Positions 1 to 10,579 are shown, counted from the first letter of the stretch. The stretch is DNA of 64,000 nt from Nitrospirota bacterium (GCA_963845065.1 CAWJQQ010000009.1:800001-864000), one strand, 5' to 3'. Numbers and translations: made by a program. The notes: a model not told the origin generated them from the letters alone.

Positions 1-607
1 GTGGTACCGCAAGCAGAGCGTGGATTTGATCGCTTCACTACCTTATTATCTGGAGGACAGCGTCGATCGAGTACGCGGGATCGGCACTTACAAAAAAAGT
101 ATTGAGGCGTTGAAAATCCTGAACGGGCTGGGCTACGGAATTGATTCAACAGGTCCGTCGTTGAGCCTTGTATACAACCCCCAGGGGATGTTCCTCGCGC
201 CCTCACAGTGTTCGCTCGAAACAGAGTATCGGCGTGAGCTCAAGGAACGCTTTGACATCTCTTTTACCAGGCTGTATACACTCACAAATATGCCAGTCGG
301 CAGATTTCGCGAATATCTTGTGAGGACGGGGAACTTTGATAAATACATGGACAAGCTTGCCGCTGCGTTCAACCCTGTTACTCTATCTGGCATCATGTGC
401 CGGCATCTTGTGAGCGTTGGATGGGACGGCACCCTTTACGATTGTGATTTCAACCAAGTGCTTGGATGCGCAACTACAGCTGGCGCGCCCAAGAATATCG
501 ACGACTTCGACTATGATGCTTTAGCGAACCGATCAATCTCAGTAGGCGACCACTGTTATGGATGCACAGCCGGACAGGGTTCCTCATGAGTGGGAGCAGT
601 CGCGTAG
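1..607 (+). CDS. arsS: Arsenosugar-biosynthesis-type radical SAM (seleno)protein, C-terminal DUF3641 part; 5' end lies outside the window
   Basis: Motifs MCRHLVSVGWDG-LYDCDFNQ and HCYGCTAGQGSS. TGA at 587-589 sits where homologues have Cys (GSSCGG) and reads on as U-VGAVA to TAG at 605-607. Confidence 0.85.
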
Positions 608-624
608 CAGGCGGTCGCCTGCTC
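590..624 (+). promoter_or_regulatory. Putative bacterial SECIS element
   Basis: Perfect hairpin AGCAGGC-GGTC-GCCTGCT (606-623) starting 16 nt after the in-frame UGA. Confidence 0.7.
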
Positions 625-714
625 GGAAAGTAAGCGGTCACAAAAAAAAATTTATTATGATCGCCTGGTTTCGGACAGCATTGCAAGAGCAGTTTCCAAC
701 AAGCGCGAGGCAAC

Positions 715-1716
715 ATGAAAAAGGCAATACGACCAGCCGTTATCCTTGCCGGCGACATCGGTGGCACAAAAACGCGGTTGGGATTGTTTCGCGTGTCAGA
801 GACCAATGTCCGTCTTCTCACCTCTACTACCTATCCAAGTAAAGTCTATCGCGGTCTCGAAAGCATTGTTGGTGAATTCCTTCAGGGTCAGGAGCGGATA
901 GCCGCAGCGGGTTTCGGCGTAGCCGGCCCCGTGATAAATGGAATTGCGCTCGCAACCAATCTTTCGTGGAAAATAACAGAAACATCGCTTGGGAGATTAC
1001 TTAATCTCAAGAAAATATTCTTAATTAACGATCTCGTGGCGAATGCATACGGTATTAATAGCATGACCAGAAAAGATTTCACGGTTCTGAACGAGGGCAG
1101 AAGAATGGTCGGCAATAGGGCACTGCTGTCCGCTGGAACTGGCCTCGGTGCCGCGTTCATGTTCTGGAACGGAAAACAATATGTCCCTTCGCCGTCGGAG
1201 GGAGGACATGTTGAATTCGGACCGCGGAATAACCTGGAACTGGGTCTCTTTCGGTATCTCCATGAACGTCATGGGCACGTGAGCTACGAGCGGATACTGT
1301 CCGGCACGGGGCTTTTCACTATATATCAATTTTTGCGGGACAGCGGCAAATTCAAGAAGGAACCCGACTGGCTGGTCTCCAGACTGGTAAAAGAAGATCC
1401 TGCCGAAGTAATAGCAGAGTCGGCGCGACGCAATGTAAGCAGGCTCTGCATGGACGCGCTAGATTTATTCGCTTCAATTTATGGTGCAGCCGCCGGTAAT
1501 CTCGCCCTTCAGGTCATGGCTACTGGTGGCATATACATCGGTGGTGGCATCGCACCGAGGATTGTCTGGAAGCTTAAGGATGGCACATTTGTGAAGGCAT
1601 TCAAGGATAAAGGCAGACTTTCCTCAATTATCGAAAGTATTCCGGCAAAGGTCATAATGAACGACCTAGCAGCCCTGCATGGTGCCGCCATGCATGCGGC
1701 GGATATGTTAAAATAA
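715..1716 (+). CDS. glk: Glucokinase
   Basis: GDIGGTKTR, GVAGPV, LINDL, GTGLG, SEGGH and GGIYIGGGIAP motifs. Confidence 0.92.
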   Translation: MKKAIRPAVILAGDIGGTKTRLGLFRVSETNVRLLTSTTYPSKVYRGLESIVGEFLQGQERIAAAGFGVAGPVINGIALATNLSWKITETSLGRLLNLKKIFLINDLVANAYGINSMTRKDFTVLNEGRRMVGNRALLSAGTGLGAAFMFWNGKQYVPSPSEGGHVEFGPRNNLELGLFRYLHERHGHVSYERILSGTGLFTIYQFLRDSGKFKKEPDWLVSRLVKEDPAEVIAESARRNVSRLCMDALDLFASIYGAAAGNLALQVMATGGIYIGGGIAPRIVWKLKDGTFVKAFKDKGRLSSIIESIPAKVIMNDLAALHGAAMHAADMLK

Positions 1717-2490
1717 ACAGATAACCTTAGCACTCGCCGCTAATTGCTGTTTCTATAGGGTGGGGATATTTGTACTAGCTGCTTCGCAACCGGAAAAATG
1801 CGGTTCTAGAGATGGGTGAATATATAATCAACTATTTGAATGAAATTTAAGAAAATAGTGTAGGAAACTCCACGTACTTTAGCGATGAGAGCGCTTCAAA
1901 GAAAGTGATTATTCGAAAGCTGGGAGCAAAAAAAGTCATTCTGGATTAATGTCCATAACAATGCGGTATCAAGACGATTGTGGACCACTATCCGGTGGAC
2001 AGAATGAATAACAGGAAGATCAGCTAGTTGGGCATGCCATGGGGGTGGAAGTAAATATGTAGGCAAAAAAATATTCTCTTGAAGAGATAAAGTTCAATAA
2101 GCTCATTGAGAGGTTCAATGATCTGCGGATTCATTTCGGGTTTATCTGTACCTAGGTGAGTTGAATCGATCTCCGCAAAGTGCCACGCTACACCGCCGGG
2201 CTCTATAAAGAACTTGAAGTGCAAGGTAAACGCTTCTCGGTAGATCGGGGGAAAGGAATGCAGATAGATAGCGCATGGGGGAAAGGTCTATATGTCACAG
2301 ATATTCAAGTTTGATAAAAAACATTTTGCTGCCAATGCAGACGTAGCTATAAAGTTTCTTCTTCTTTTTTTTGCTGGCACAGGACCGGAATTTATTACGA
2401 TCAAATAACTTCTGCACGGAATGCCTTGATTACGACTGGAATACCAACGATCTGAAAAACGTCAAAAACAGAAAGTGAGGGCCTTTGCTC

Positions 2491-4014
2491 ATGGAAATGC
2501 GTACCCTGGTCCTTCCTCAAGACGAGAACAACAGGACCCTTATCGAGAACGTACACCCTGCTGAATGGAAGAACCCGGCGTCCGCTCCAATGTATAACCT
2601 CGTAGTAATCGGTGCAGGGACTGCAGGATTGGTTTCTGCTGCAGGAGCTGCGGGGCTAGGCGCAAAGGTTGCGCTCATCGAGCGTCATATGTTGGGGGGC
2701 GACTGCCTTAATGTCGGCTGCGTTCCTTCAAAGGGTATTGTCAGGGCAGGCCGCGCTGTCTACGATGTCAGGACAGCTGATGTATTCGGTATACGGTGCG
2801 GTAAAGTTTCCATAGACTTCGGCAAGGCCATGGAACACATGCGCCGGATCAGAGCCGGGATCAGTGCCCATGACTCTGCGGAGCGTTTTAGTAAAGAACT
2901 TGGTGTTGATCTTTTCTTCGGTAGCGCGAAATTCACCGGTCCAAACAGCATCGAGGTTGATGGTAAGCGCCTAAAGTTTAAAAAGGCTGCACTTTGCACT
3001 GGCGCGCGAGCCGCTGCTCCGGCCATCCCTGGCATAGAAGAAACCGGTTATTTGACCAATGAAAACGTTTTCTGGCTGACTGAACTTCCGAAGAGACTCG
3101 CGGTCGTAGGTGGAGGTCCAATTGGTTGCGAGCTCGCCCAAGCTTTCGTGCGAATGGGGAGCGAAGTCACCATACTCCAGCGCGGTGGGCACGTTCTCCC
3201 GAGAGAGGACGCTGATGCTGCGGAAATCGTGCATAAGGCTCTTGCTAGGGACGGCATCGAACTACGGCTTCAGGCCAAGATACTCGGGGCCAAAAAGAAG
3301 GGGAATGACAAAGTCGTCATCGTTGAAGAGGATGGAAAAACCGCGTTGCTGACCGTTGATGAGATTCTCGTGGGGGTGGGGAGGGCTCCGAATGTTGAAG
3401 ATCTCGGGCTCGAAATGGCAGGTATAACATATGACAGCAAAGAGGGCGTGAACGTGAATGAGAGACTGCAGACATCGAATCCGCGTGTGTATGCTGCCGG
3501 TGATATATGCTACCCATATAAATTCACGCATACGGCAGATGCTCTTGCACGTATCTTGATCGCTAACGCCCTGTTCATGGCAAGACAATCAACCTCAAAG
3601 CTCGTCGTTCCCTGGTGTACCTATACGGACCCTGAGGTGGCCCATTTGGGGATGTATGAAAAGGATGCCAGGGATAAGGGTATTAACGTGCTGACCCTTA
3701 CGGTGCCACTTTCCGATGTGGACCGGTCTCTGCTCGACGGAGAAACCGAAGGGTTTGCCCGTGTGCATCTCAAAAAGGGTGGCGATCAAATCCTTGGAGC
3801 AACGATCGTGGCCCGCCATGCGGGCGAGATGATCAATGAGCTTTCGCTTGCTATGACAGCCGGGCTGGGTCTATCTGCAATCGGTAGAACGATACATCCC
3901 TATCCGACTCAGGCAGAGGCAATCAAAAAGCTGGCTGATGCGTATAGTCGGACGCGTCTTACGCCGTTGGTAAAGAAACTATTTACAGCGTGGCTGAAGT
4001 GGCAGCGGTCGTAG
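2491..4014 (+). CDS. FAD-dependent pyridine nucleotide-disulfide oxidoreductase (mercuric reductase/dihydrolipoamide dehydrogenase-like)
   Basis: GAGTAG, GGDCLNVGCVPSK, GGGPIGCE and HPYPT motifs; no C-terminal Cys-Cys pair. Confidence 0.85.
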   Translation: MEMRTLVLPQDENNRTLIENVHPAEWKNPASAPMYNLVVIGAGTAGLVSAAGAAGLGAKVALIERHMLGGDCLNVGCVPSKGIVRAGRAVYDVRTADVFGIRCGKVSIDFGKAMEHMRRIRAGISAHDSAERFSKELGVDLFFGSAKFTGPNSIEVDGKRLKFKKAALCTGARAAAPAIPGIEETGYLTNENVFWLTELPKRLAVVGGGPIGCELAQAFVRMGSEVTILQRGGHVLPREDADAAEIVHKALARDGIELRLQAKILGAKKKGNDKVVIVEEDGKTALLTVDEILVGVGRAPNVEDLGLEMAGITYDSKEGVNVNERLQTSNPRVYAAGDICYPYKFTHTADALARILIANALFMARQSTSKLVVPWCTYTDPEVAHLGMYEKDARDKGINVLTLTVPLSDVDRSLLDGETEGFARVHLKKGGDQILGATIVARHAGEMINELSLAMTAGLGLSAIGRTIHPYPTQAEAIKKLADAYSRTRLTPLVKKLFTAWLKWQRS

Positions 4015-4260
4015 TGTGATGCATAAGAAGACGGGTAATGAGTTCACTGAGTGAGAAGAGAAGATCATTATTGCAATAAGACTTTCAAGCAGATTATTAC
4101 ATGAGTCTATGCGTCGATACTGTGTAATACCGAGTTACACTATCGGTTACGCTTTACTTGCGATATTCTAATAAACAGCTATAATGAGTAACGGTTGTCT
4201 TTTGTCTCCTATGATAAAAGGTGGTTTTTAGTTATATAGGTTATTTATGAAACCATGACA

Positions 4261-4428
4261 GAATACCCAACGTTTTGCCGCTGGGATGAATATCATCCTT
4301 GGCCAAGGGTTATAAGGAGGACTGAAAGTCCGCCATATCTGTTGAGACCCATGTTCATGGACCTGCGTATCTTATGCTTTAGCAAGCTGCGCTAAAAGAT
4401 GCTTCGCCAGCTTCGGGGGGTTGGTTCA
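4261..4428 (+). mobile_element. Possible miniature non-autonomous IS200/IS605 derivative (degenerate)
   Basis: Left-end-like hairpin ACCCAACG..CGCTGGGATGAAT and right-end-like ..CTTCGGGGGGTTGGTTCAC about 170 bp apart, with no ORF between. Confidence 0.4.
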
Positions 4429-4469
4429 CTTAAATATTATTTCTCAGAATAATTATTGTGGAGATAACT

Positions 4470-5036
4470 ATGAAAAAGTCTGTCGGTGCAAAAACACTCG
4501 CTCAGCCAGCGCCTGTCTGGGTTGTTGGAAGTTATGATTCACAGGATAAACCGAATATCATGGTTGTTGCATGGGGCGGAATCTGCTGCTCGCAACCTCC
4601 CTGTATGACTATTTCCCTGCGAAAGGCAACGTATACGTATGGATGCATCATGGAACGCAAAGCATACACAATAAACATCCCTTCAGCTGCGTTGGTGAAA
4701 GAAGTGGACTATTCCGGCATGACTTCGGGAAGAAATGTCGATAAGTTTGCGATGACTAAGCTGACCCCTATTCGAAGCGAACATGTTAACGCTCCGTATA
4801 TAAAAGAATTCCCTATTGTGATCGAATGCAAGCTGCTCCACACGTTGGAGATCGGGCTCCACACGCAATTCATTGGCGAGATCATGGACATCAAAGTCGA
4901 AGAGTCGGTGCTTGGCGAACATGGGCTGGCGGACATCTTGAAGGTCAGGCCGCTCATTTTTGATCCCGGGGAGGGTGCTTATTATGGAATTGGTGAGCGA
5001 ATCGGCAAGGCTTTTTCGATTGGCAAGAGTATCTAA
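4470..5036 (+). CDS. Flavin reductase family protein (flavoredoxin-like)
   Basis: [25 protein letters not shown] and HTQFIGEI motifs. Confidence 0.88.
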   Translation: MKKSVGAKTLAQPAPVWVVGSYDSQDKPNIMVVAWGGICCSQPPCMTISLRKATYTYGCIMERKAYTINIPSAALVKEVDYSGMTSGRNVDKFAMTKLTPIRSEHVNAPYIKEFPIVIECKLLHTLEIGLHTQFIGEIMDIKVEESVLGEHGLADILKVRPLIFDPGEGAYYGIGERIGKAFSIGKSI

Positions 5037-5382
5037 TTTTCTGATCGGTTCTTAAAGCAAATAGTAATAAGTTAAATTGCAAAATATCATATTAATTTTA
5101 CTGTTGATACTGATAGCAGTTCCGTTTGAACTCCAGAATCCGACATGCTTTAGCTGTGGGAGTACGTCAAAATATTGCAATGAGAAAAGTTTTATCTGGC
5201 AACCTACTTGCCGGAACCTATGCTTTTTGGTTTAGAAGAACAAAACAGGCAACCTTTCCCTATCGTGAAGCATAAGTACTTTCATATCGTATCATGCATT
5301 TGTCAGCTATACGGGTTCGGCGCTTTCATCCCGCCGCTAAAGCATGTGAGGTTTCTCGCGCGAGGCTCTTAAAAAAAGCTTA

Positions 5383-5856
5383 TTATTTTGCTTCCACTTG
5401 CGTCGTCAGAAAAACAGGAAGCGTCATATGGGATATCTGGTCCTGAAGTTCCTCGATTCCGTCGATATGCTGGTCCTCGTCATTTAGGATGTGTTCGAGC
5501 AATTCGCGTGTGGCGAAATCGCTTACTTCTCCAGCCAGTTTTACTGCCATATTGTACGCTGCGATGGCGCCTTCTTCAGCGGCATGGTCATTGGCGAGTT
5601 GCTTGGGTATGTCGGTGCCGATTCTAATGTCTTTTAGGTGGGACACGATGGGAAGGCCTTCGAGAAAGAGTATTCTCCCGATGAGTTTCTCAGCATGCTT
5701 CATCTCGGCAATCGCGCGCTTTTCAAGATGCTTGTGCAGTTTTTCATAGCCCCAATTAGCACAGATTTCGGAATGCACCATGTATTGGTTTATAGCAGTC
5801 AGTTCGTCGGCAAGTAGCGAATTCAATGTTTCGATAAGTTTTGTATTTCCTTTCAT
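5383..5856 (-). CDS. bfr: Bacterioferritin
   Basis: MKG start; ELTAINQY, EMKHAE (heme Met) and DEDQH ferroxidase residues; AGGAGG RBS. Confidence 0.93.
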   Translation of the reverse strand: MKGNTKLIETLNSLLADELTAINQYMVHSEICANWGYEKLHKHLEKRAIAEMKHAEKLIGRILFLEGLPIVSHLKDIRIGTDIPKQLANDHAAEEGAIAAYNMAVKLAGEVSDFATRELLEHILNDEDQHIDGIEELQDQISHMTLPVFLTTQVEAK

Positions 5857-6932
5857 CTGAATATCCTCCTTAGGAATAATATGTAGATGTAACATACCTC
5901 ACAGCGCTAGCATCTTTTTATCCATTAATCAAGTTTCGTTTTTAGCATTTGATCAGTCGGGGCGGGCATATTCGAATATTAAGCTTTCGGCTTGACGCCA
6001 GGAGTCATCCTTAAGGAATCCGGCAACCTTAGTCACTTGCAGGCTACGACTACGCCGATGGCCTCCAAAGCTTACTAAGAGCTTCCCGTCTCCCTAATAG
6101 CACCTCTTTCTAGGCAGCATTTAAGGCATTGCTGTCCCACTTGAGATATGCGACGAATCGTGAGCTAAACGTCAGGTAATAGACTCCATTACCACTTTAG
6201 TTCTTACCATGTTGTCTATCATGGATGTTTTTATAAAGGCTTTAATAAGAGAATAAATCTACAGATATAAGCAGACAAACTTTTTTACCGCTTTCATAAT
6301 TATTTCACCGTTATTATAACCCAATGGCAAGTTCACTTCCGCGAACCGCTGGGTGTGCTGCCTGATTACATAGAATTATATCATGTATTATAATGCTTAT
6401 GTAGCCTACATTATAAAAAGAAAAAAAGGAATAATTTGTTCTGATTTGGTTTACGCAGATATTGTTGGATCAGCAATTCATATTGTATCTTTCAATATCA
6501 AGACGATATTATTATAGCAGGCTTTAGGAAGGCGTTTTGGTGAATAACTTTAACATGAAAAGAAAATTTAATATCGAATTAATTTAACCTTTACTGGAGA
6601 CAGAGTCTTGGTGTGCTCAGCTTTAAGGCCTGTTCGGAATACTCTTTGCCAGCATCTTCTGACTTGCTTTATTTGTCAGGCCTGAACATGTTTCCGCGTT
6701 CTATCAGGCAACGTCCGTATGCAACGTTCTGTAGCTTATGTGATGCCCCAACAGGGAACGGTGTGAACAAGTAGTTGACTTTAGGATTTCTCATGCTACT
6801 CTAATAAGAGAAGTTATTATCGAGTTATTTCTGCGGATAAGATCTGGTGATCTCACTTGTATAGTTGCCTGCCACTTCCGTTTTTGGCTGAAAACATTTG
6901 CATAGCAAGTCAACTTATCGATAGGGGAAAAG

Positions 6933-7691
6933 ATGCAAACTAATTCGGGAGCCCTTCGGAGAACGATAACAAGCTATTTATTTGCGCTGTGCTGGGCTGT
7001 GGTCTTGGTACTGTACGGGTCAAGTGTACAGGCTAAATTGAAACCATCGGCCTGTGTGCTGTGCCACGAATTTATGGACGCTGATCTTGGCAGACCCGTA
7101 AAGGAATGGAAAGGTTCGATCCATCAGCAAAATAGCATAACCTGCGATCTCTGTCATGGTGGAAATCCGGATGTAGATGTGCAGAACATCAAACAGCTGC
7201 CCGGCCAGGAATTTGGGGAGAAAATGTCACGGGCAATGTCGATATCTCAGGGTTTCGTTGGCAAGCCATCAGGAAGGAAACTGTTTGCCCTGTGCGGCCG
7301 GTGTCATAGCACATCCGTAGACCGGTATGCAAAAAGTCTCATGGGCAAAGCTTATCTTGAGAAGAAAGGCGGGCCCTCCTGCGTTAAGTGCCATCATGCA
7401 CACCGCAATACCATGCCCGAAATACCCAAGGTTTGCGAAAGCTGCCACAAGGATACCGAGGGGTTCGATCAGATCGACCCGATGGATGTGACCGAGTCGA
7501 CGGTGAAAGCGTTATCGGGCATAAGGATCAAACTAGCCCAGGCAAAAACGATCGGCAAAGAACCGCCGTTCATCCCCGAATTCCCCGAGGACCTCGGTGC
7601 TTTCCAAATTGGATTCGTCGCGTTCGGAGCGGTGCTTGTCTTGTTCTGCATCGGCTATCTCGTGTACATTGTGCTGGAACGGAGGAGATAA
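6933..7691 (+). CDS. Pentaheme cytochrome c with C-terminal membrane anchor
   Basis: Signal peptide; five CxxCH motifs (CVLCH, CDLCH, CGRCH, CVKCH, CESCH); hydrophobic C-terminal helix ending ERRR. Confidence 0.88.
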   Translation: MQTNSGALRRTITSYLFALCWAVVLVLYGSSVQAKLKPSACVLCHEFMDADLGRPVKEWKGSIHQQNSITCDLCHGGNPDVDVQNIKQLPGQEFGEKMSRAMSISQGFVGKPSGRKLFALCGRCHSTSVDRYAKSLMGKAYLEKKGGPSCVKCHHAHRNTMPEIPKVCESCHKDTEGFDQIDPMDVTESTVKALSGIRIKLAQAKTIGKEPPFIPEFPEDLGAFQIGFVAFGAVLVLFCIGYLVYIVLERRR

Positions 7692-7692
7692 T

Positions 7693-7956
7693 ATGAGTTT
7701 TGAGATCATACAAGAGAAAAGGCCTGCCTATTCAAAGACCGCCATGATCGCGATCATTATCCTGTCAATTTTGCTTCTTGGTGCGTGCAGCGCTTTCGCC
7801 TATTTTATGGTATCCGGTCTTGGTAATGACTACCTCTGGGGCACACTGCTCGCGTTCGAGTTCCTTATGGCAGGCATTGAGATCGTTCTCTTTGCACGTT
7901 ATTTTGTTACTTTCAGGGAGGTATCCGAGGATCGCGAGGAGGAGTTGCTATGGTAG
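7693..7956 (+). CDS. Small two-TM membrane protein, probable accessory subunit of the Rieske/cyt b complex
   Basis: GGAGG RBS, two hydrophobic helices, tightly packed against both neighbouring genes. Confidence 0.7.
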   Translation: MSFEIIQEKRPAYSKTAMIAIIILSILLLGACSAFAYFMVSGLGNDYLWGTLLAFEFLMAGIEIVLFARYFVTFREVSEDREEELLW

Positions 7957-8564
7957 GCGGGAGCGGGGAGGGTAACGAGAACAAGGCAGGCATCACCCGG
8001 AGGAGGTTTACACTCGGGATGCTTATTGCGTCTATCGTAGGCGCCTTCGGGTCTCTTGTTGCACTGCTCAAAGTGTTGGCTCCCGAAAAGCAGGGCGCAG
8101 GCTACGTAACGACCATAAAACCGGGTGACGTTCTTGTGTATGCTCAGGGAAGTAGTGCAGGGACCCCCATCATGGTTTCATCGATGAAGCCGGGCGATGC
8201 CGTACTTGCCTATCCCACAGGCAAGTCATCGAACCCAGCAAATCTAGTACAGCTGATTAAATTGGAAGAGATGGCATTTATGCCGCCCACCGACATCGCC
8301 CTGACGGACAAGGGGTTCGTGGCTTACAGCGCCATCTGCACTCATCTCGGCTGCACCGTCTCCTGGATGGAGAACCAGGAATCACCCATTACTTCCTTCA
8401 CGGAATGCTATTGTCACGGCAGCATATTTAATCCTGCCCAGGGGGCGAAGGTCCTGGGCGGGCCTGCGCCAATACCGCTCGCACAGATCGGCGTGAAGGT
8501 GATGCAGGAGGGAACACTAGCTTTTACGAGTGATTTTAATGGTCCGATCGGGCCGCAGGTATAA
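7950..8564 (+). CDS. qcrA: Rieske 2Fe-2S subunit of a quinol:cytochrome c reductase
   Basis: Tat motif TRRRF; CTHLGC and CYCHGSIF boxes; GGPAP. Confidence 0.92.
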   Translation: MVGGSGEGNENKAGITRRRFTLGMLIASIVGAFGSLVALLKVLAPEKQGAGYVTTIKPGDVLVYAQGSSAGTPIMVSSMKPGDAVLAYPTGKSSNPANLVQLIKLEEMAFMPPTDIALTDKGFVAYSAICTHLGCTVSWMENQESPITSFTECYCHGSIFNPAQGAKVLGGPAPIPLAQIGVKVMQEGTLAFTSDFNGPIGPQV

Positions 8565-8583
8565 GAGAGGCGAGGACACAACC

Positions 8584-9837
8584 ATGTTCTTCAAATGGTT
8601 TGATGATAGGCTAGAGCTTAAAAAGTTCAAGGAGAGATTTCTGAGCAAGACATTTCCAACCCACCCCACGTTCTTTCTTGGAGAAACGGTGTTATTCGCC
8701 TTTATTACCCTTTTATTAACGGGTATTTTCCTCGGATTTCTCTATGAGCCTTCGACCACGATGGTTTCCCTCTTCGGTGCGATGGTGCCGGCAGCTTATG
8801 CGAGCGTCGTAAGAATAGACCTACTTCCAATGGGCTTGATCATCAGGCGCATCCACCATTGGTCGGCAATGATTATGATCGCCTCCATCCTCGCGCATCT
8901 ACTGCGAATATACTTTACAGCGTCCTACCGAAAGCCACGGGAGATCAATTGGCTTGTGGGGCTCAGCCTGTGGGGGATGTCTATGGTCGCGGCATTCACC
9001 GGTTATTTGCTGCCCTACAGTCAATTCTCCGTGACCGCCACTTCCATTGCTTATTATATGGCGAAGTCAGTTCCGTGGTTGGGGGAATGGATGTCTAGGC
9101 TACTCTTTGCAGGTGACTTTCCTTCGGACGGGACCGTCCCCCGCTTCTTCTTCATGCATGTCATGCTAATCCCAGCGGTACTGGTCAGCCTTATCGGCTT
9201 GCACATGCTTATTCTGATCAAGCAGAAACATACTGAACCCCGGTCTAACAAGGATCGAAGGGAGGCACAGGGCGGGAGAAAGCTCATCGGCATACCGATC
9301 TGGCCTGAACAAGTCGTCATTAGCCTTTCGTTTTTTTTATTCTTGCTGTTCGTAGTCGTGATAATGGCGACATATATCCCTTTGAACCCGATTGAAACGT
9401 ATGGCCCTCCGTCACCGGGAACTCCTGTGATGAGGCCTGACTGGTATTTCCTCGTCGTGTACGGTTTCCTGAAGTTGGTGCCCGGTGACCTGTCATTTTC
9501 AATCCTGGGAGGGAAGATCACTCCCGAGACCATCGGTGGCGTCATATTTCCCGCATCCACATTCGTTGTATATGCCTTGATACCCTTCCTCGACCGCTCA
9601 AAAGTACCACAGAACTATATGGAAAATCCGCTCCATAGGCCCTTCATGACTTCGTTAGGCATCTGTGGCATCGTTTTCCTCTGCACGATGGTCGTTGCTG
9701 GGTACATCGACGTCCTTCATATTACGCCGAAATCAATGACGGTAGCCGCGATCTTCGCGACGGCGGCAGCGTGGAGCATCAGCTACGCGCTTCTGCGCTG
9801 GTACAACAGAAAGAGAGGTGGTAATGTCAAAACTTGA
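8584..9837 (+). CDS. qcrB: Cytochrome b subunit (unsplit, QcrB-like)
   Basis: RRIHHW, AHLLR, KPREINW, TGYLLP, MHV..GLH and the Qo-site motif PDWY. Confidence 0.92.
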   Translation: MFFKWFDDRLELKKFKERFLSKTFPTHPTFFLGETVLFAFITLLLTGIFLGFLYEPSTTMVSLFGAMVPAAYASVVRIDLLPMGLIIRRIHHWSAMIMIASILAHLLRIYFTASYRKPREINWLVGLSLWGMSMVAAFTGYLLPYSQFSVTATSIAYYMAKSVPWLGEWMSRLLFAGDFPSDGTVPRFFFMHVMLIPAVLVSLIGLHMLILIKQKHTEPRSNKDRREAQGGRKLIGIPIWPEQVVISLSFFLFLLFVVVIMATYIPLNPIETYGPPSPGTPVMRPDWYFLVVYGFLKLVPGDLSFSILGGKITPETIGGVIFPASTFVVYALIPFLDRSKVPQNYMENPLHRPFMTSLGICGIVFLCTMVVAGYIDVLHITPKSMTVAAIFATAAAWSISYALLRWYNRKRGGNVKT

Positions 9838-10579
9838 TCAGGTTCTCGTTTGCGCCATTCTTGCGTGTAGCGCATTTCTGCTCTCCTCGGCCGCGAGCGG
9901 CGCTAATGAAAACATGACAGGGAATTCCTGTGTCGCTTGCCATTCCCAACTTCCAGTCAGCAGCTTTGTAGGTGTAAGGTCCCACAGTTGGAAGGGATCG
10001 ATACACCAGATGCATGGAGTGACTTGCGACAAATGCCATGGAGGTAACCCCCGCGTTTCCGGGCAGAAGGAGGCCCATGCTGGCGTGTTAGGCTCGAGCG
10101 ATACCCGAAGCATGGTGTACTTTAAGAATATTCCATCAACTTGTGGTAAATGTCACGGGGCTGAATTCTATAAATTCACTCAGAGCCTCCATTACAAAAG
10201 GCTTGAGTCAGAGGGAAAGGGCCCTGAATGCGTAACGTGTCACGGCTCGATGGTTACCAGCATTTTAAGGCCCGAAACGATTGCGGCTGTGTGCGAGCGA
10301 TGCCACAATGCGCAGATGGGCGTCTTCCCCTATGTGCCGCAAAAAGCGAAAGCTGTATTGCTTTTACTGATGGAGAACAATGCCCTTCTTAAGGCGAACG
10401 TTAAGCTTCATCATCCTGTCAAAGGCACCCAAGGATCCGGTATCTTGAGCGATGCTCGGTCATACCTGCACTCTGCTATGTTGGATTGGCACAAATTCGA
10501 CCTCGACACGATTATCGCCGATCTGCAGGATTCATATAATTCACTAAATAAACTTTCAAACGGAAACTCGAATCAGTAA
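9824..10579 (+). CDS. Periplasmic pentaheme cytochrome c
   Basis: Signal peptide; five CxxCH motifs (CVACH, CDKCH, CGKCH, CVTCH, CERCH); shares WKGSIHQ..TCDxCHGGNP with 6933..7691. Confidence 0.88.
   Translation: MSKLDQVLVCAILACSAFLLSSAASGANENMTGNSCVACHSQLPVSSFVGVRSHSWKGSIHQMHGVTCDKCHGGNPRVSGQKEAHAGVLGSSDTRSMVYFKNIPSTCGKCHGAEFYKFTQSLHYKRLESEGKGPECVTCHGSMVTSILRPETIAAVCERCHNAQMGVFPYVPQKAKAVLLLLMENNALLKANVKLHHPVKGTQGSGILSDARSYLHSAMLDWHKFDLDTIIADLQDSYNSLNKLSNGNSNQ

Noticed and set aside
2024..2224. Short ORF in the glk-oxidoreductase gap
   Set aside because: No recognisable motif or RBS.
2491..4014. Mercuric reductase MerA
   Set aside because: Lacks the C-terminal Cys-Cys pair and NmerA domain, and no mer genes are nearby.
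5955..5976. tRNA-Pro 3'-end-like sequence (minus strand), possible att scar
   Set aside because: Only about 20 nt of imperfect similarity; no cloverleaf and no partner site seen.
5995..6195. Fluoride-riboswitch-like words upstream of bfr (GGTAATGGAGTC..GATGACTCC on the minus strand)
   Set aside because: The two halves are about 170 nt apart, far too long for the compact aptamer.
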